Source: a virus (Duplodnaviria > Heunggongvirae > Uroviricota > Caudoviricetes). Taken from it: 40,475 bases of DNA. Shown here piece by piece: positions 10,131 to 20,602 of the stretch. Position 1 is the first letter of the stretch. Each line of letters begins with the position of its first letter. The position numbers were made by a program, and so were the translations under genes. The stretch lies in the IMG/VR virus record IMGVR_UViG_2875713109_000005, one strand, 5' to 3'. The notes beneath the pieces are model-generated. The model was not told the DNA's origin. It was given only the letters and a program-made list of their open reading frames with translations, and did not search any database.

Positions 10131-10348
10131 AAATCTTTGTAGTAATCAGATTCCTTTCCATAACTGTCTTCAAGTAACTTTTTTGCTCTTGCAATCCAGT
10201 TATTACCTTTAGCCGAATCAATATATTCCTGGCTTCTGTGACTAAATGCACTTGTTCCCATATATTTTGTCGACATGACAGAATTGTACTCTTGTTCAAG
10301 CACTTCAAATCTTTCAGCTAAGGCCTTCTTCGTCATAGCGCAATCCAA
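10085..10348 (-). CDS. Hypothetical small protein (87 aa)
   Basis: ORF only; AT-rich; no recognisable motif. Its 3' end overlaps the enolase-like fragment on the opposite strand. Confidence 0.3.
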   Translation of the reverse strand: MDCAMTKKALAERFEVLEQEYNSVMSTKYMGTSAFSHRSQEYIDSAKGNNWIARAKKLLEDSYGKESDYYKDFNDTQRIARFSSMPR

Positions 10349-10505
10349 ATTATATGCTAATAATACCTGTGAATTTTAATATTCTACCATATCTGGCTTT
10401 CTTCCGTTCACATTGGACATTCAGGTAATTTCGTCCAGTTCTGCTGGCTGTGCTGGAGCTAGCCTGGTATAATTTAACCAGCCATTTCAACAGCGGTGGT
10501 GTCTT

Positions 10506-10700
10506 ATGAACGTCAAGAACATGTTTTACGGTGCCATTCTGGTAAGTGCTGTATGGGCGGTTATTTTGCTCTCATGGTTTGAATCCAGCCTTACCTTAAG
10601 CGATTACCTCAGGTACGAATCGGTAATCCTGATCCCATGCCTGCTGTGGGTTGCTGTTTATGGGTTAGGTAAACGTTACCTCCAAAGAACATCAAACTAG
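10506..10700 (+). CDS. Hypothetical small membrane protein (64 aa)
   Basis: GGTGGTG RBS-like sequence before the ATG and a TATAAT hexamer at 10468-10473. Two hydrophobic segments. Followed by the hairpin at 10733-10765. Confidence 0.35.
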   Translation: MNVKNMFYGAILVSAVWAVILLSWFESSLTLSDYLRYESVILIPCLLWVAVYGLGKRYLQRTSN

Positions 10701-10732
10701 CCGCGCCAGCGACTTTTTTTACACCTTCGTTT

Positions 10733-10765
10733 AATTCCCTGGCTCACCTGGACAGCCAGGGAATT
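10733..10765. terminator. Hairpin between convergent genes (possible bidirectional terminator)
   Basis: Perfect 12-bp inverted repeat AATTCCCTGGCT / AGCCAGGGAATT with a 9-nt loop. Confidence 0.45.
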
Positions 10766-10775
10766 CTGCCCAGCG

Positions 10776-11255
10776 CTACTGGCTTGCTGTGCCAAACTTT
10801 CCGTTGCAGATTTCCTCATTCACAATGGCCTGAAACATGGAAACAGAATTTCTAGCCTTATCCCTCAGTGCATTAATGAGTTCTGTGTCGTGTATTTTGT
10901 TGTAGAAAATGAAAGTAGAAACATCAAACTGGAGTTTAAATGCTGCTTTCCTTATGGCTAAACCTGACGTGATCGTTATCTCATTATGTATGCGAAGATA
11001 GGCAAGATAATCATCGTTATTTGCTTCACACTGCTCATATAAATATTTTTGCATGAGAGATTGAGACAAGGCCAGAAATTCCACATATCGTTTGGTTTTT
11101 ATTTCTTTATCTTTTAATCCCTGTACTGCCGCTTCTTTTTTTAATTCGTGCTTTTGTGTTAGCTTAAGAGTCAGCCACCCCCCTAAAATAGTCAGCAACG
11201 ACCCCAAACCTATTTTTACGGCATTATCAGCCACATCCACCCACTCAGTCGCCAT
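10776..11255 (-). CDS. Hypothetical membrane-anchored protein (159 aa)
   Basis: N-terminal TM segment (IGLGSLLTILGGWLTL) then a charged, helical soluble domain. AT-rich; no recognisable catalytic motif. Confidence 0.5.
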   Translation of the reverse strand: MATEWVDVADNAVKIGLGSLLTILGGWLTLKLTQKHELKKEAAVQGLKDKEIKTKRYVEFLALSQSLMQKYLYEQCEANNDDYLAYLRIHNEITITSGLAIRKAAFKLQFDVSTFIFYNKIHDTELINALRDKARNSVSMFQAIVNEEICNGKFGTASQ

Positions 11256-11372
11256 CTGTTACTCGTTCTTCCTGTGATGATCATGGTTGCCAGTATAATT
11301 CCAGCACAGACTGGACGTACAGCATTTTCTGTCCAGTAGACAGACTGTTACACTCAGGATAGGATAGCTTCT

Positions 11373-11822
11373 ATGGTTAAATTTCCAGGTGAAGTTATGA
11401 GTTCGTCCGCTGCTGTAACCGTTATAACTGGTGTTCTTGTTTTTGTTGGTGGTCAGCTCATTGTAAAGAGCGCGATTGAACCTTATATAGAATTCAAGAA
11501 ACAATTGGGAAAAATATCAAATCTGCTATTAGCTAACCAAGCTAAATTAGCTAATCCTTGTGCTGTTGAAATGTCTGAGATCATCCATGAGTTGAAAGAT
11601 GCCGCAGCTCAGTTAATGTCGAAGCATTCAGCTTTGCCTTTCTATATCAAAAAATTCCATATCGGATTCCGCTTTGTTCCATCAACGCCTGAAATTATTA
11701 GTTCGGCGCAAAAATTGAATTTGATAGCATCAATACATGAAGGTAAAAGCAAGGAAAGTACATATGAGCACATAGCCGAGATTGGACGTATGCTCAAAAT
11801 CCCAACCACCTATTCTCTTTAA
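11373..11822 (+). CDS. Hypothetical membrane-anchored protein (149 aa; start may be the internal Met at 11397)
   Basis: N-terminal TM segment (AAVTVITGVLVFVGGQLIV) plus soluble domain. Followed by a terminator-like hairpin. Confidence 0.5.
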   Translation: MVKFPGEVMSSSAAVTVITGVLVFVGGQLIVKSAIEPYIEFKKQLGKISNLLLANQAKLANPCAVEMSEIIHELKDAAAQLMSKHSALPFYIKKFHIGFRFVPSTPEIISSAQKLNLIASIHEGKSKESTYEHIAEIGRMLKIPTTYSL

Positions 11823-11881
11823 TCTTCACGCCGATCAGATTACATAATCCACGCGCCACCTGGACATTCAGGTAAAAAAGT

Positions 11882-11905
11882 CCAACTGGTGAGGTTGGGC
11901 TTTTT
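11882..11905 (+). terminator. Putative intrinsic terminator after the 11373-11822 gene
   Basis: CCAAC-TGGTGAG-GTTGG stem-loop followed by GCTTTTT. Confidence 0.45.
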
Positions 11906-11995
11906 GGCTTTCCGGTTCTGTTGGTGGCTATGACCGGAGAAAATTGCTCTACACCTAACGCTTACATTTTATTTACAGCGTTTGATATCTTCCTC

Positions 11996-12040
11996 GCCTT
12001 TAACGCCTTTAACGCCTTTAACGCCTTTAACGCCTTTAAG
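11996..12040. repeat. Tandem 9-bp repeat (GCCTTTAAC, about five copies)
   Basis: Direct read: gcctttaac four times then gcctttaag, immediately followed by a GGGGGG run. Confidence 0.75.
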
Positions 12041-12448
12041 GGGGGAAGATAGAGCAACTCACCGATGATGAATAAAGTGGACGAAGAGACGATAACTACA
12101 CTCCCATCCAGGGGGGGGGCTTTTTTTGTGGTACTGTAGTGTGGGAGTAAGTTCGGGTCTCATATTGAATGAGGCGATTGCGAGCTGCCTTTCATCGAAA
12201 ACTAATGTCCATTGTCATTGTATTGTCTGACTCTATCTCGTAACAAGTCTTTGACACAAAGTTTTATATTTTTATCAAAGTGGACATGAGGGGAATTAAA
12301 TTTGTGATCTTTTTCAAATAATGTGTTCTTGATAGTAGATTCTGGTTAGTGATATCTATTAACAATATATTAAATTTCTTTTGTATTATCGCTGATAAAA
12401 CTACTGTATTGGTATACTATATATTATTGAGTAACAGGAGATATCACT

Positions 12449-13951
12449 ATGAAGAAATTTTATCAATTTAGGGATGAACAGCGAAAGGAGCTTGAACAAC
12501 ATGATTTTTATAGTTTGATTTCTTCAGATTGTATAGCGTTGAAAGACAAACTATTATTTGCTCCTGTTATGGCTCATTTCATAATGAACTTCAGAGACAT
12601 GAATAAATGGGTTATCAGGTTTGATAACAATGATAATGAATATAAATCTGTTATAAACGGTGGAACAATCGAGGATGAAACACATTCAAGATTGTTTCTG
12701 GAAGACTGGAGGAAACTATATATAGATGACAAACTTAACTGGAAAGCAAGTGATGTTATATACTGGTTGTTTATTAGTCGAGAAATGGAGTGTTTCCGAA
12801 AATTTGGTATTGATTTTATGAGACTTTGTGTAGATGATGGAGGAGACCCAATACTTCGATATTCTCACTCCGAGTCAGGAGAAACTTGCGGTAATATATT
12901 CTTTTCAAGAATTAGTCCTATTGCTGATCAAGTTGCCAATCATTTGGGAATATCACTCCGTTATTTTGGAACATTTCACCTTAATCTTGAAAATGGACAT
13001 GTATGGAAGTCAGAAGGTGTTTTTGAAAATATAGAGTTGTCACCAGATTCTTATAAGAAAATGGCTACTCTATCAAAGAGAATGTTTGATATATTTGAAG
13101 GAATTCATGACTCTTTTTATAATTACCTGTCCAGTTATGTTCTTAATGGAAGTCATCCGTCATTTTTTGAATCATTACCTGTAGGGAAAAATGTTGCACC
13201 TATATACCCTGAATTTGTGATAGAAAACAAAAGCCATAACGATGGTAGACATATTGAACATATAAACAATTACCTGGAAAAAATATCGAGTCATGAGTTC
13301 TTTAAATGGCTGATTAACACCTCAATAGACCCTCAATTGAAATTGAAAAGTTTCATACCTCTTTGGATTGTTGATATTATGGGGTATAGAGATATTAATA
13401 AATATGTTTTTACATATGAACAGCCTGAATCAGAAAGTGAAAAGATTATAAATGATTATGCATTACACTTGTCAGAGCATAGCCGTTTATTTTATCATGA
13501 CTGGAAGTCACTTCAACTTGATGATATGTTACGTTGGAGTGCCAGTGATACTCTTGAGTTTATTTTTCTTAATTCAGATATGGATATGCATAGAGAAAAT
13601 ATAGTTAAGTTTTCTTTGTTCGGATTAAAACACAGAGATCCTGTTATCAGGTTCTGGTTTATGATGATACTGGAGTTAAGTGGAAAAGAATTTTTCTCTC
13701 ATGTTGGAGATATAGCTTTACAGGTGGAAAGTAAATATAATATTTATCTCCCATATTTATGTGGACGCCATGCAACAGAAAATGAGCATGAAGCATATAA
13801 TAATATGTATGAGCATTTTATGGTAAAGGAACTTAGCCCTGAACAAAGTGATCTAATAATACAAATTACAGACATGGTTATGCGGTCATTATTGAATAAT
13901 TTGGATATCTCATATCGATATGTAGTAAATAATTTATTGGCAGCTCGTTAG
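12449..13951 (+). CDS. Orphan 500-aa protein of unknown function with internal two-fold duplication
   Basis: Very AT-rich ORF with a GGAG-type RBS-like sequence upstream. Residues about 74-135 (THSRLFLEDWRKLYIDDKLNWKASD...) are repeated at about 340-400 (EHSRLFYHDWKSLQLDDMLRWSASD...). Terminator-like hairpin follows. Confidence 0.7.
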   Translation: MKKFYQFRDEQRKELEQHDFYSLISSDCIALKDKLLFAPVMAHFIMNFRDMNKWVIRFDNNDNEYKSVINGGTIEDETHSRLFLEDWRKLYIDDKLNWKASDVIYWLFISREMECFRKFGIDFMRLCVDDGGDPILRYSHSESGETCGNIFFSRISPIADQVANHLGISLRYFGTFHLNLENGHVWKSEGVFENIELSPDSYKKMATLSKRMFDIFEGIHDSFYNYLSSYVLNGSHPSFFESLPVGKNVAPIYPEFVIENKSHNDGRHIEHINNYLEKISSHEFFKWLINTSIDPQLKLKSFIPLWIVDIMGYRDINKYVFTYEQPESESEKIINDYALHLSEHSRLFYHDWKSLQLDDMLRWSASDTLEFIFLNSDMDMHRENIVKFSLFGLKHRDPVIRFWFMMILELSGKEFFSHVGDIALQVESKYNIYLPYLCGRHATENEHEAYNNMYEHFMVKELSPEQSDLIIQITDMVMRSLLNNLDISYRYVVNNLLAAR

Positions 13952-13984
13952 AAGAACAGCATTGGTATGACTCTGATGCTCCTT

Positions 13985-14015
13985 AAAATCCCACTTTTCA
14001 GAGTGGGATTTGTTT
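13985..14015 (+). terminator. Putative intrinsic terminator after the 500-aa orphan gene
   Basis: AATCCCACT-TTTCAG-AGTGGGATT stem-loop followed by TGTTT. Confidence 0.55.
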
Positions 14016-14051
14016 AATGCCCAGAACAGGGGGAATTTCCATTCATGCCCA

Positions 14052-14348
14052 GGTGATGCTGCCAACTTACTGATTTAGTGTATGATGGTGTTTTTGAGGT
14101 GCTCCAGTGGCTTCTGTTTCTATCAGCTGTCCCTCCTGTTCAGCTACTGACGGAGTGGTGCGTAACGGCAAAAGCACCGCCGGACATCAGCGCTATCTCT
14201 AATTGAGCGGCATAACCTGAATCTGAGGCAGCACCTGGCACGGCTGGGACGGAAGTCGCTGTCGTTCTCAAAATCGGTGGAGCTGCATGACAAAGTCATC
14301 GGGCATTATCTGAACATAAAACACTATCAATAAGTTGGAGTCATTACC
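14052..14348 (+). mobile_element. IS1 remnant with internal deletion (both ends retained, about 300 bp)
   Basis: IS1 IRL GGTGATGCTGCCAACTTACTGAT at 14052 and the first insA codons, joined near 14200 directly to the IS1 right-end sequence ending ...CAATAAGTTGGAGTCATTACC at 14348. Confidence 0.8.
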
Positions 14349-14406
14349 CCCCGGACGAGTGGGAATCCATGGTAGGGATTTTTACCGAAATGGAAGAACA
14401 CTATTA

Positions 14407-14444
14407 GGGGGCACCTCAGAAAACGGAAAATAAAGCACGCTAAG
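14407..14444. repeat. Tn21/Tn501-type 38-bp terminal inverted repeat (mer end)
   Basis: GGGGGCACCTCAGAAAACGGAAAATAAAGCACGCTAAG, recognised from memory; the merR stop codon lies inside it. Confidence 0.7.
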
Positions 14445-14874
14445 GCATAGCTGACCTTGCCAGGCCTGCTTCGCCCTGTAGTGACGCGATCAACGGGCAG
14501 GAAACATTCCCCTTTCGTGCATGGCAGGCGCACACGAGTTCAGACAGCACGGTTTCCATGCGCGCCAAGTCGGCCATCTTCTCGCGCACGTCCTTGAGCT
14601 TGTGTTCGGCCAGGCTGCTGGCCTCCTCGCAGTGGGTGCCATCGTCGAGCCGCAACAGCTCGGCAATCTCGTCCAGACTGAACCCCAGCCGCTGTGCCGA
14701 TTTCACGAATTTCACCCGAACCACGTCCGCCTCCCCATAGCGGCGGATGCTGCCGTAAGGCTTGTCCGGTTCCCGCAACAGGCCCTTGCGCTGATAGAAG
14801 CGGATTGTCTCCACGTTGACCCCGGCCGCCTTGGCAAAAACGCCAATGGTCAGGTTTTCCAAATTATTTTCCAT
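14440..14874 (-). CDS. merR: Mercury resistance transcriptional regulator MerR
   Basis: 144 aa from [33 protein letters not shown] with the C-terminal cysteines ([10 protein letters not shown]...[16 protein letters not shown]) typical of Tn21/Tn501 MerR. Divergent from merT'. Confidence 0.85.
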
Positions 14875-14945
14875 ATCGCTTGACTCCGTACATGAGTACG
14901 GAAGTAAGGTTACGCTATCCAATCCAAATTCAAAAGGGCCAACGT

Positions 14946-15035
14946 ATGTCTGAACCACAAAACGGGCGCGGTGCGCTCTTCGCCGGCGGGCTGGCCGCCA
15001 TTCTTGCATCGACCTGCTGCCTGGGGCCGCTAGTA
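14946..15035 (+). pseudogene. merT: merT 5' fragment (first 30 codons) truncated by the Tn3-family insertion
   Basis: Encodes [30 protein letters not shown] and then runs directly into the Tn3-type inverted repeat at 15036. Confidence 0.75.
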
Positions 15036-15068
15036 GGGGTCTGACGCTCAGTGGAACGAAAACTCACG

Positions 15069-18000
15069 TTAAGCAACGTTTTCTGCCTCTGACGCCTCTT
15101 TTAATGGTCTCAGATGTCCTTTGGTCACCAGTTCTGCCAGCGTGAAGGAATAATGGCCGAGCATATTGATATGTCCGTGGCAAAGCGGGGAGAGGCGTGC
15201 GATATCTTCATCATTCAGTGTTTCACCCTGCGCCCGGAGATGATCCAGGGCTGCCTGCATATAAATAGTGTTCCATAACACGACGGCGTTAGTGACCAGC
15301 CCCAGTGTGCCCAGTTGATCTTCCTGACCGTCGGTATATCGTTTTCTTATCTCACCTTTTTGACCGTGACAGATGGCTCTGGCAACGGCATGGCGACTTT
15401 CTCCCCGATTAAGCTGGGTCAGAATGCGCCGGCGGTAATCTTCATCATCAATATAATTAAGCAGATACAGCGTTTTGTTGATGCGCCCCACTTCAATGAT
15501 TGCCTGAGTCAGTCCGGAAGGACGTTCACTTTTCAGCAATGAACGGACCAGCACTGAAACCTGTACTTTGCCCAGCTTCAGGGAGCCAGCGGTCCGGATC
15601 ATTTCGTCCCACTGAAGGACTATTTTTCGGGGATCTGATTGCCCTCTGGCAATATCATTCAGCACGCCATAGTCGGCATCATGGTCCATTCGCCAGAAAA
15701 CCGAAGCACCGGCATCAGCCAGGCGTGGAGAAAACTGGTATCCCAGCAGCCAGAAAAGGCCAAAGACAAGTTCGCTGGCACCTGCTGTATCGGTCATAAT
15801 TTCGGTTGGATTCAGCCCGGTCTCCTGTTCCAGAAGACCTTCCAGCACAAAGATAGAGTCCCTCAGCGTCCCCGGTATAACGATGCCATGAAAGCCGGAA
15901 TACTGATCGGACACAAAGTTGTACCAGGTGATCCCTCTGTTATTACCAAAGTATTTGCGGTTCGGTCCGGCATTGATTGTTCTGACTGGCGTAACAAAGC
16001 GCATTCCATCTGCAGATGCCACTTCTCCTCCACCCCATATCTGTGCCAGTGGCAGCGTTGCCTGAAAATCAACCAGTCTGGCATTAGCGCTGGTGATAGT
16101 TTCAGCCCGCAGATAGTTCGCTTTTGTCCAGTTCAGCCGGTGTCGGGTCAGTGCAGGAACATTTGATCTGATCAGTGGTTCCAGACCGATATTGCAGGCT
16201 TCAGCCATCAGCACGGCGCTGATGCTGACGGGCAGATCATCAACTCTGGCACTGGCTTCACTAGCATGGAAAAACTCATCAGCAAATCCGGTATGGGCGT
16301 TAATTTCGAGCAGCAACTCCGTTAAATCCACCGGAGGGAGTAGATCACTGATCATTTTGCTCAGTCGTTTCAGACTGTCCGGCTCATCAAGACTGGCGAG
16401 GGGAGAAATTGTCAACCGGGGCTTCGGGCCAGAAACATCGAGTTCGACAGCCTCATTTTCGCAAAGACGTGCAGCAACCTGTCTGTAACGACTATCAAGC
16501 TGATGACCCAGAGATTTTATTGCTTCCTGCGGGTCTGTCGGGTGCCCCAAAGAACGATAAACCTTAATCCGGTTTGCCTGCCAGTCAGCACCCTGTAGTA
16601 ATCTTGCACGAGGATCTCCCCACCGGTTACTGCCGGTAACGTAGACATCCCTCCGCCTCAGACTATCCTGCAGTTTACTGAGAAAGCAGAGCGTGTATCC
16701 CCTGCGGGTGATATGTTTTTCCTTGTTAATCACCAGCCGTTTCCATGACCGACTGATAATTTCCGTTGGTGCGTCGTCAAAAAACTGCCGCCGTGAGCTG
16801 AACTCCCGGCTGAGGTAGTCACAGGCATTCAGAGTGGTAACCCCGGCAGGTGCGGATGAAAATTTAACGGTATTCAGCAGATGGGGCAGGAAACGACGAA
16901 CGCGCCCGTACTGCTCCACCATTTCTTCATGAAAATTATCGTCTGAGGGCCGGGCAATTTCACGGACAAGCGTGATGATTTCAGCCAGCTTTTGCCTTGG
17001 GATGTAGCTGAACACCTCAGCACGAATCGATTCGTCCGGTGTTTCTTCTTTCAGCAGGTACGAACATGCGCTGGCGAGCGCCAATGCAGATTTATCCAGA
17101 TCCTTCAGCGAGCGGAGCCGTTTTTTCTGCCCAATCTTTCTGGCGTCACGGATGATAACGGCCAGCATGGCGTCCAGAACGTCCAATGCATCATCCAGCG
17201 CCAGCGTTTCCCATGCAAGGACAAAGGCAACCAGAACCGCCATCCTTTTCTGCGGTGACATCCTGGCAATATTGAACACCGAAGTCATACCAGCATAACG
17301 TGCGAGATTTTTCAGGCGCACAGCCGGGAGTGTACTCAGGTTTTCAGCATGCAGGCCAAAATCGTTCAGAGTTTTCCAGCGTTCAATTGCTTCATTAAAC
17401 GCCGGACCACTGATGGTCACAGGGCCCTTTTTCAGTGATTCCAGTAAAGACAGGCGGCTGCAATCAGTTGGCCCCAGCAGCATCTCCAGCTGTGAACGCT
17501 GTTCGGCTGACGGTATCAGTGCCAGTTTGTTCCACAGGCGCAACGTCGCCTTTTCCCTTACCTCTGAAATCAACCGGGTCAGCGTAGTGGCTCCGGGGAG
17601 AATAATACGATGTTGCATAAGCCACCCTGTCGCCAGATCGAAAAGCAGGCCAGGACGTTCGTTGCTTATCCAGCTCCGGGTATATAAAAGACGGGTAAGG
17701 CGAAATGTCCAGGGCCAGGCAAATTCACGATACTGATAGTGCTGACGTATCAGCGCTGCATGCTCACGGCGGGTATTTTCCCTCTGACCGTATTCTGCAA
17801 GAACGGTGATATCACGAATCCCGAGCTGTCTGGCGGTAAAATGCCGGACGCCGGAAGGAATATGATTCATATCGGTGAGGAAGGTGCCCAGAAAACGGAC
17901 ACATCCAATTTGCAGGGCAATGCCCAGACGGTTGTGATCACCTCTGCTTTTTCCGATAAATTCCTTGTCTGCTTCATCAAGGTGAAAATATCGTGCCAGC

Positions 18001-18074
18001 TGAAGCTCATCCGGTTCACCGGTGAATCTGCCATAGCTTTCAGTCTGCTCAGTGGTCAGAAAGTCAACGGGCAT
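15069..18074 (-). CDS. tnpA: Tn3-family transposase TnpA
   Basis: About 1001 aa starting MPVDFLTTEQTESYGRFTGEP (internal Met of the longer ORF in the track). Stop lies inside the terminal repeat. Confidence 0.9.
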   Translation of the reverse strand: MPVDFLTTEQTESYGRFTGEPDELQLARYFHLDEADKEFIGKSRGDHNRLGIALQIGCVRFLGTFLTDMNHIPSGVRHFTARQLGIRDITVLAEYGQRENTRREHAALIRQHYQYREFAWPWTFRLTRLLYTRSWISNERPGLLFDLATGWLMQHRIILPGATTLTRLISEVREKATLRLWNKLALIPSAEQRSQLEMLLGPTDCSRLSLLESLKKGPVTISGPAFNEAIERWKTLNDFGLHAENLSTLPAVRLKNLARYAGMTSVFNIARMSPQKRMAVLVAFVLAWETLALDDALDVLDAMLAVIIRDARKIGQKKRLRSLKDLDKSALALASACSYLLKEETPDESIRAEVFSYIPRQKLAEIITLVREIARPSDDNFHEEMVEQYGRVRRFLPHLLNTVKFSSAPAGVTTLNACDYLSREFSSRRQFFDDAPTEIISRSWKRLVINKEKHITRRGYTLCFLSKLQDSLRRRDVYVTGSNRWGDPRARLLQGADWQANRIKVYRSLGHPTDPQEAIKSLGHQLDSRYRQVAARLCENEAVELDVSGPKPRLTISPLASLDEPDSLKRLSKMISDLLPPVDLTELLLEINAHTGFADEFFHASEASARVDDLPVSISAVLMAEACNIGLEPLIRSNVPALTRHRLNWTKANYLRAETITSANARLVDFQATLPLAQIWGGGEVASADGMRFVTPVRTINAGPNRKYFGNNRGITWYNFVSDQYSGFHGIVIPGTLRDSIFVLEGLLEQETGLNPTEIMTDTAGASELVFGLFWLLGYQFSPRLADAGASVFWRMDHDADYGVLNDIARGQSDPRKIVLQWDEMIRTAGSLKLGKVQVSVLVRSLLKSERPSGLTQAIIEVGRINKTLYLLNYIDDEDYRRRILTQLNRGESRHAVARAICHGQKGEIRKRYTDGQEDQLGTLGLVTNAVVLWNTIYMQAALDHLRAQGETLNDEDIARLSPLCHGHINMLGHYSFTLAELVTKGHLRPLKEASEAENVA

Positions 18075-18795
<721 letters not shown>

Positions 18796-18907
18796 TACGC
18801 CTATTTTTATAGGTTAATGTCATGATAATAATGGTTTCTTAGACGTCAGGTGGCACTTTTCGGGGAAATGTGCGCGGAACCCCTATTTGTTTATTTTTCT
18901 AAATACA

Positions 18908-18936
18908 TTCAAATATGTATCCGCTCATGAGACAAT
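18908..18936 (+). promoter_or_regulatory. bla promoter (P3-type: -35 TTCAAA, -10 GACAAT)
   Basis: TTCAAA at 18908-18913 and GACAAT at 18931-18936 with 17-bp spacing, upstream of the bla start. Confidence 0.55.
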
Positions 18937-18965
18937 AACCCTGGTAAATGCTTCAATAATATTGA

Positions 18966-19838
<873 letters not shown>

Positions 19839-19985
19839 CTGTCAGACCAAGTTTACTCATATATACTTTAGATTGATTTAAAACTTCATTTTTAATTTAA
19901 AAGGATCTAGGTGAAGATCCTTTTTGATAATCTCATGACCAAAATCCCTTAACGTGAGTTTTCGTTCCACTGAGCGTCAGACCCC

Positions 19986-20602
19986 CTGAACAATGTGACG
20001 GACTCAGAAGCCTTCCCGGGTCTTATCCGGCAGACTCACAGAAAAATCAGGGCAGCATCGGCAGATGGCGCTTACGACACCCGGCTCTGTCACGATGAAC
20101 TGCGGCGTAAGAAAATCAGCGCCCTTATCCCACCCCGAAAAGGTGCGGGTTACTGGCCCGGTGAATATGCAGACCGTAACCGTGCAGTGGCTAATCAGCG
20201 AATGACCGGGAGTAATGCGCGGTGGAAATGGACAACAGATTACAACCGTCGCTCGATAGCGGAAACGGCGATGTACCGGGTGGGTTACTGGCCCGGTGAA
20301 TATGCAGACCGTAACCGTGCAGTGGCTAATCAGCGAATGACCGGGAGTAATGCGCGGTGGAAATGGACAACAGATTACAACCGTCGCTCGATAGCGGAAA
20401 CGGCGATGTACCGGGTAAAACAGCTGTTCGGAGGTTCACTGACACTGCGTGACTACGATGGTCAGGTTGCAGAGGCTATGGCCCTGGTACGAGCGCTGAA
20501 CAAAATGACGAAAGCAGGTATGCCTGAAAGCGTGCGTATTGCCTGAAAACACAACCCGCTACGGGGGAGACTTACCCGAAATCTGATTTATTCAACAAAG
20601 CC
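19986..20602 (+). mobile_element. IS903 3' fragment with terminal repeat, containing a 135-bp internal tandem duplication
   Basis: Starts inside the transposase gene directly after the Tn3 repeat and ends with the IS903 terminal repeat at 20602. Segment 20148-20282 is repeated at 20283-20417. Confidence 0.8.

Noticed and set aside
9859-10308. 149-aa minus-strand ORF spanning the tnpA remnant and enolase fragment
   Set aside because: Its frame crosses the junction between two unrelated remnants and matches neither; the real signals are the decayed tnpA-like sequence and the plus-strand enolase fragment.
11996-12040. Possible CRISPR array
   Set aside because: The repeat unit is only 9 bp with no spacers and no cas genes nearby; it is a simple tandem repeat.
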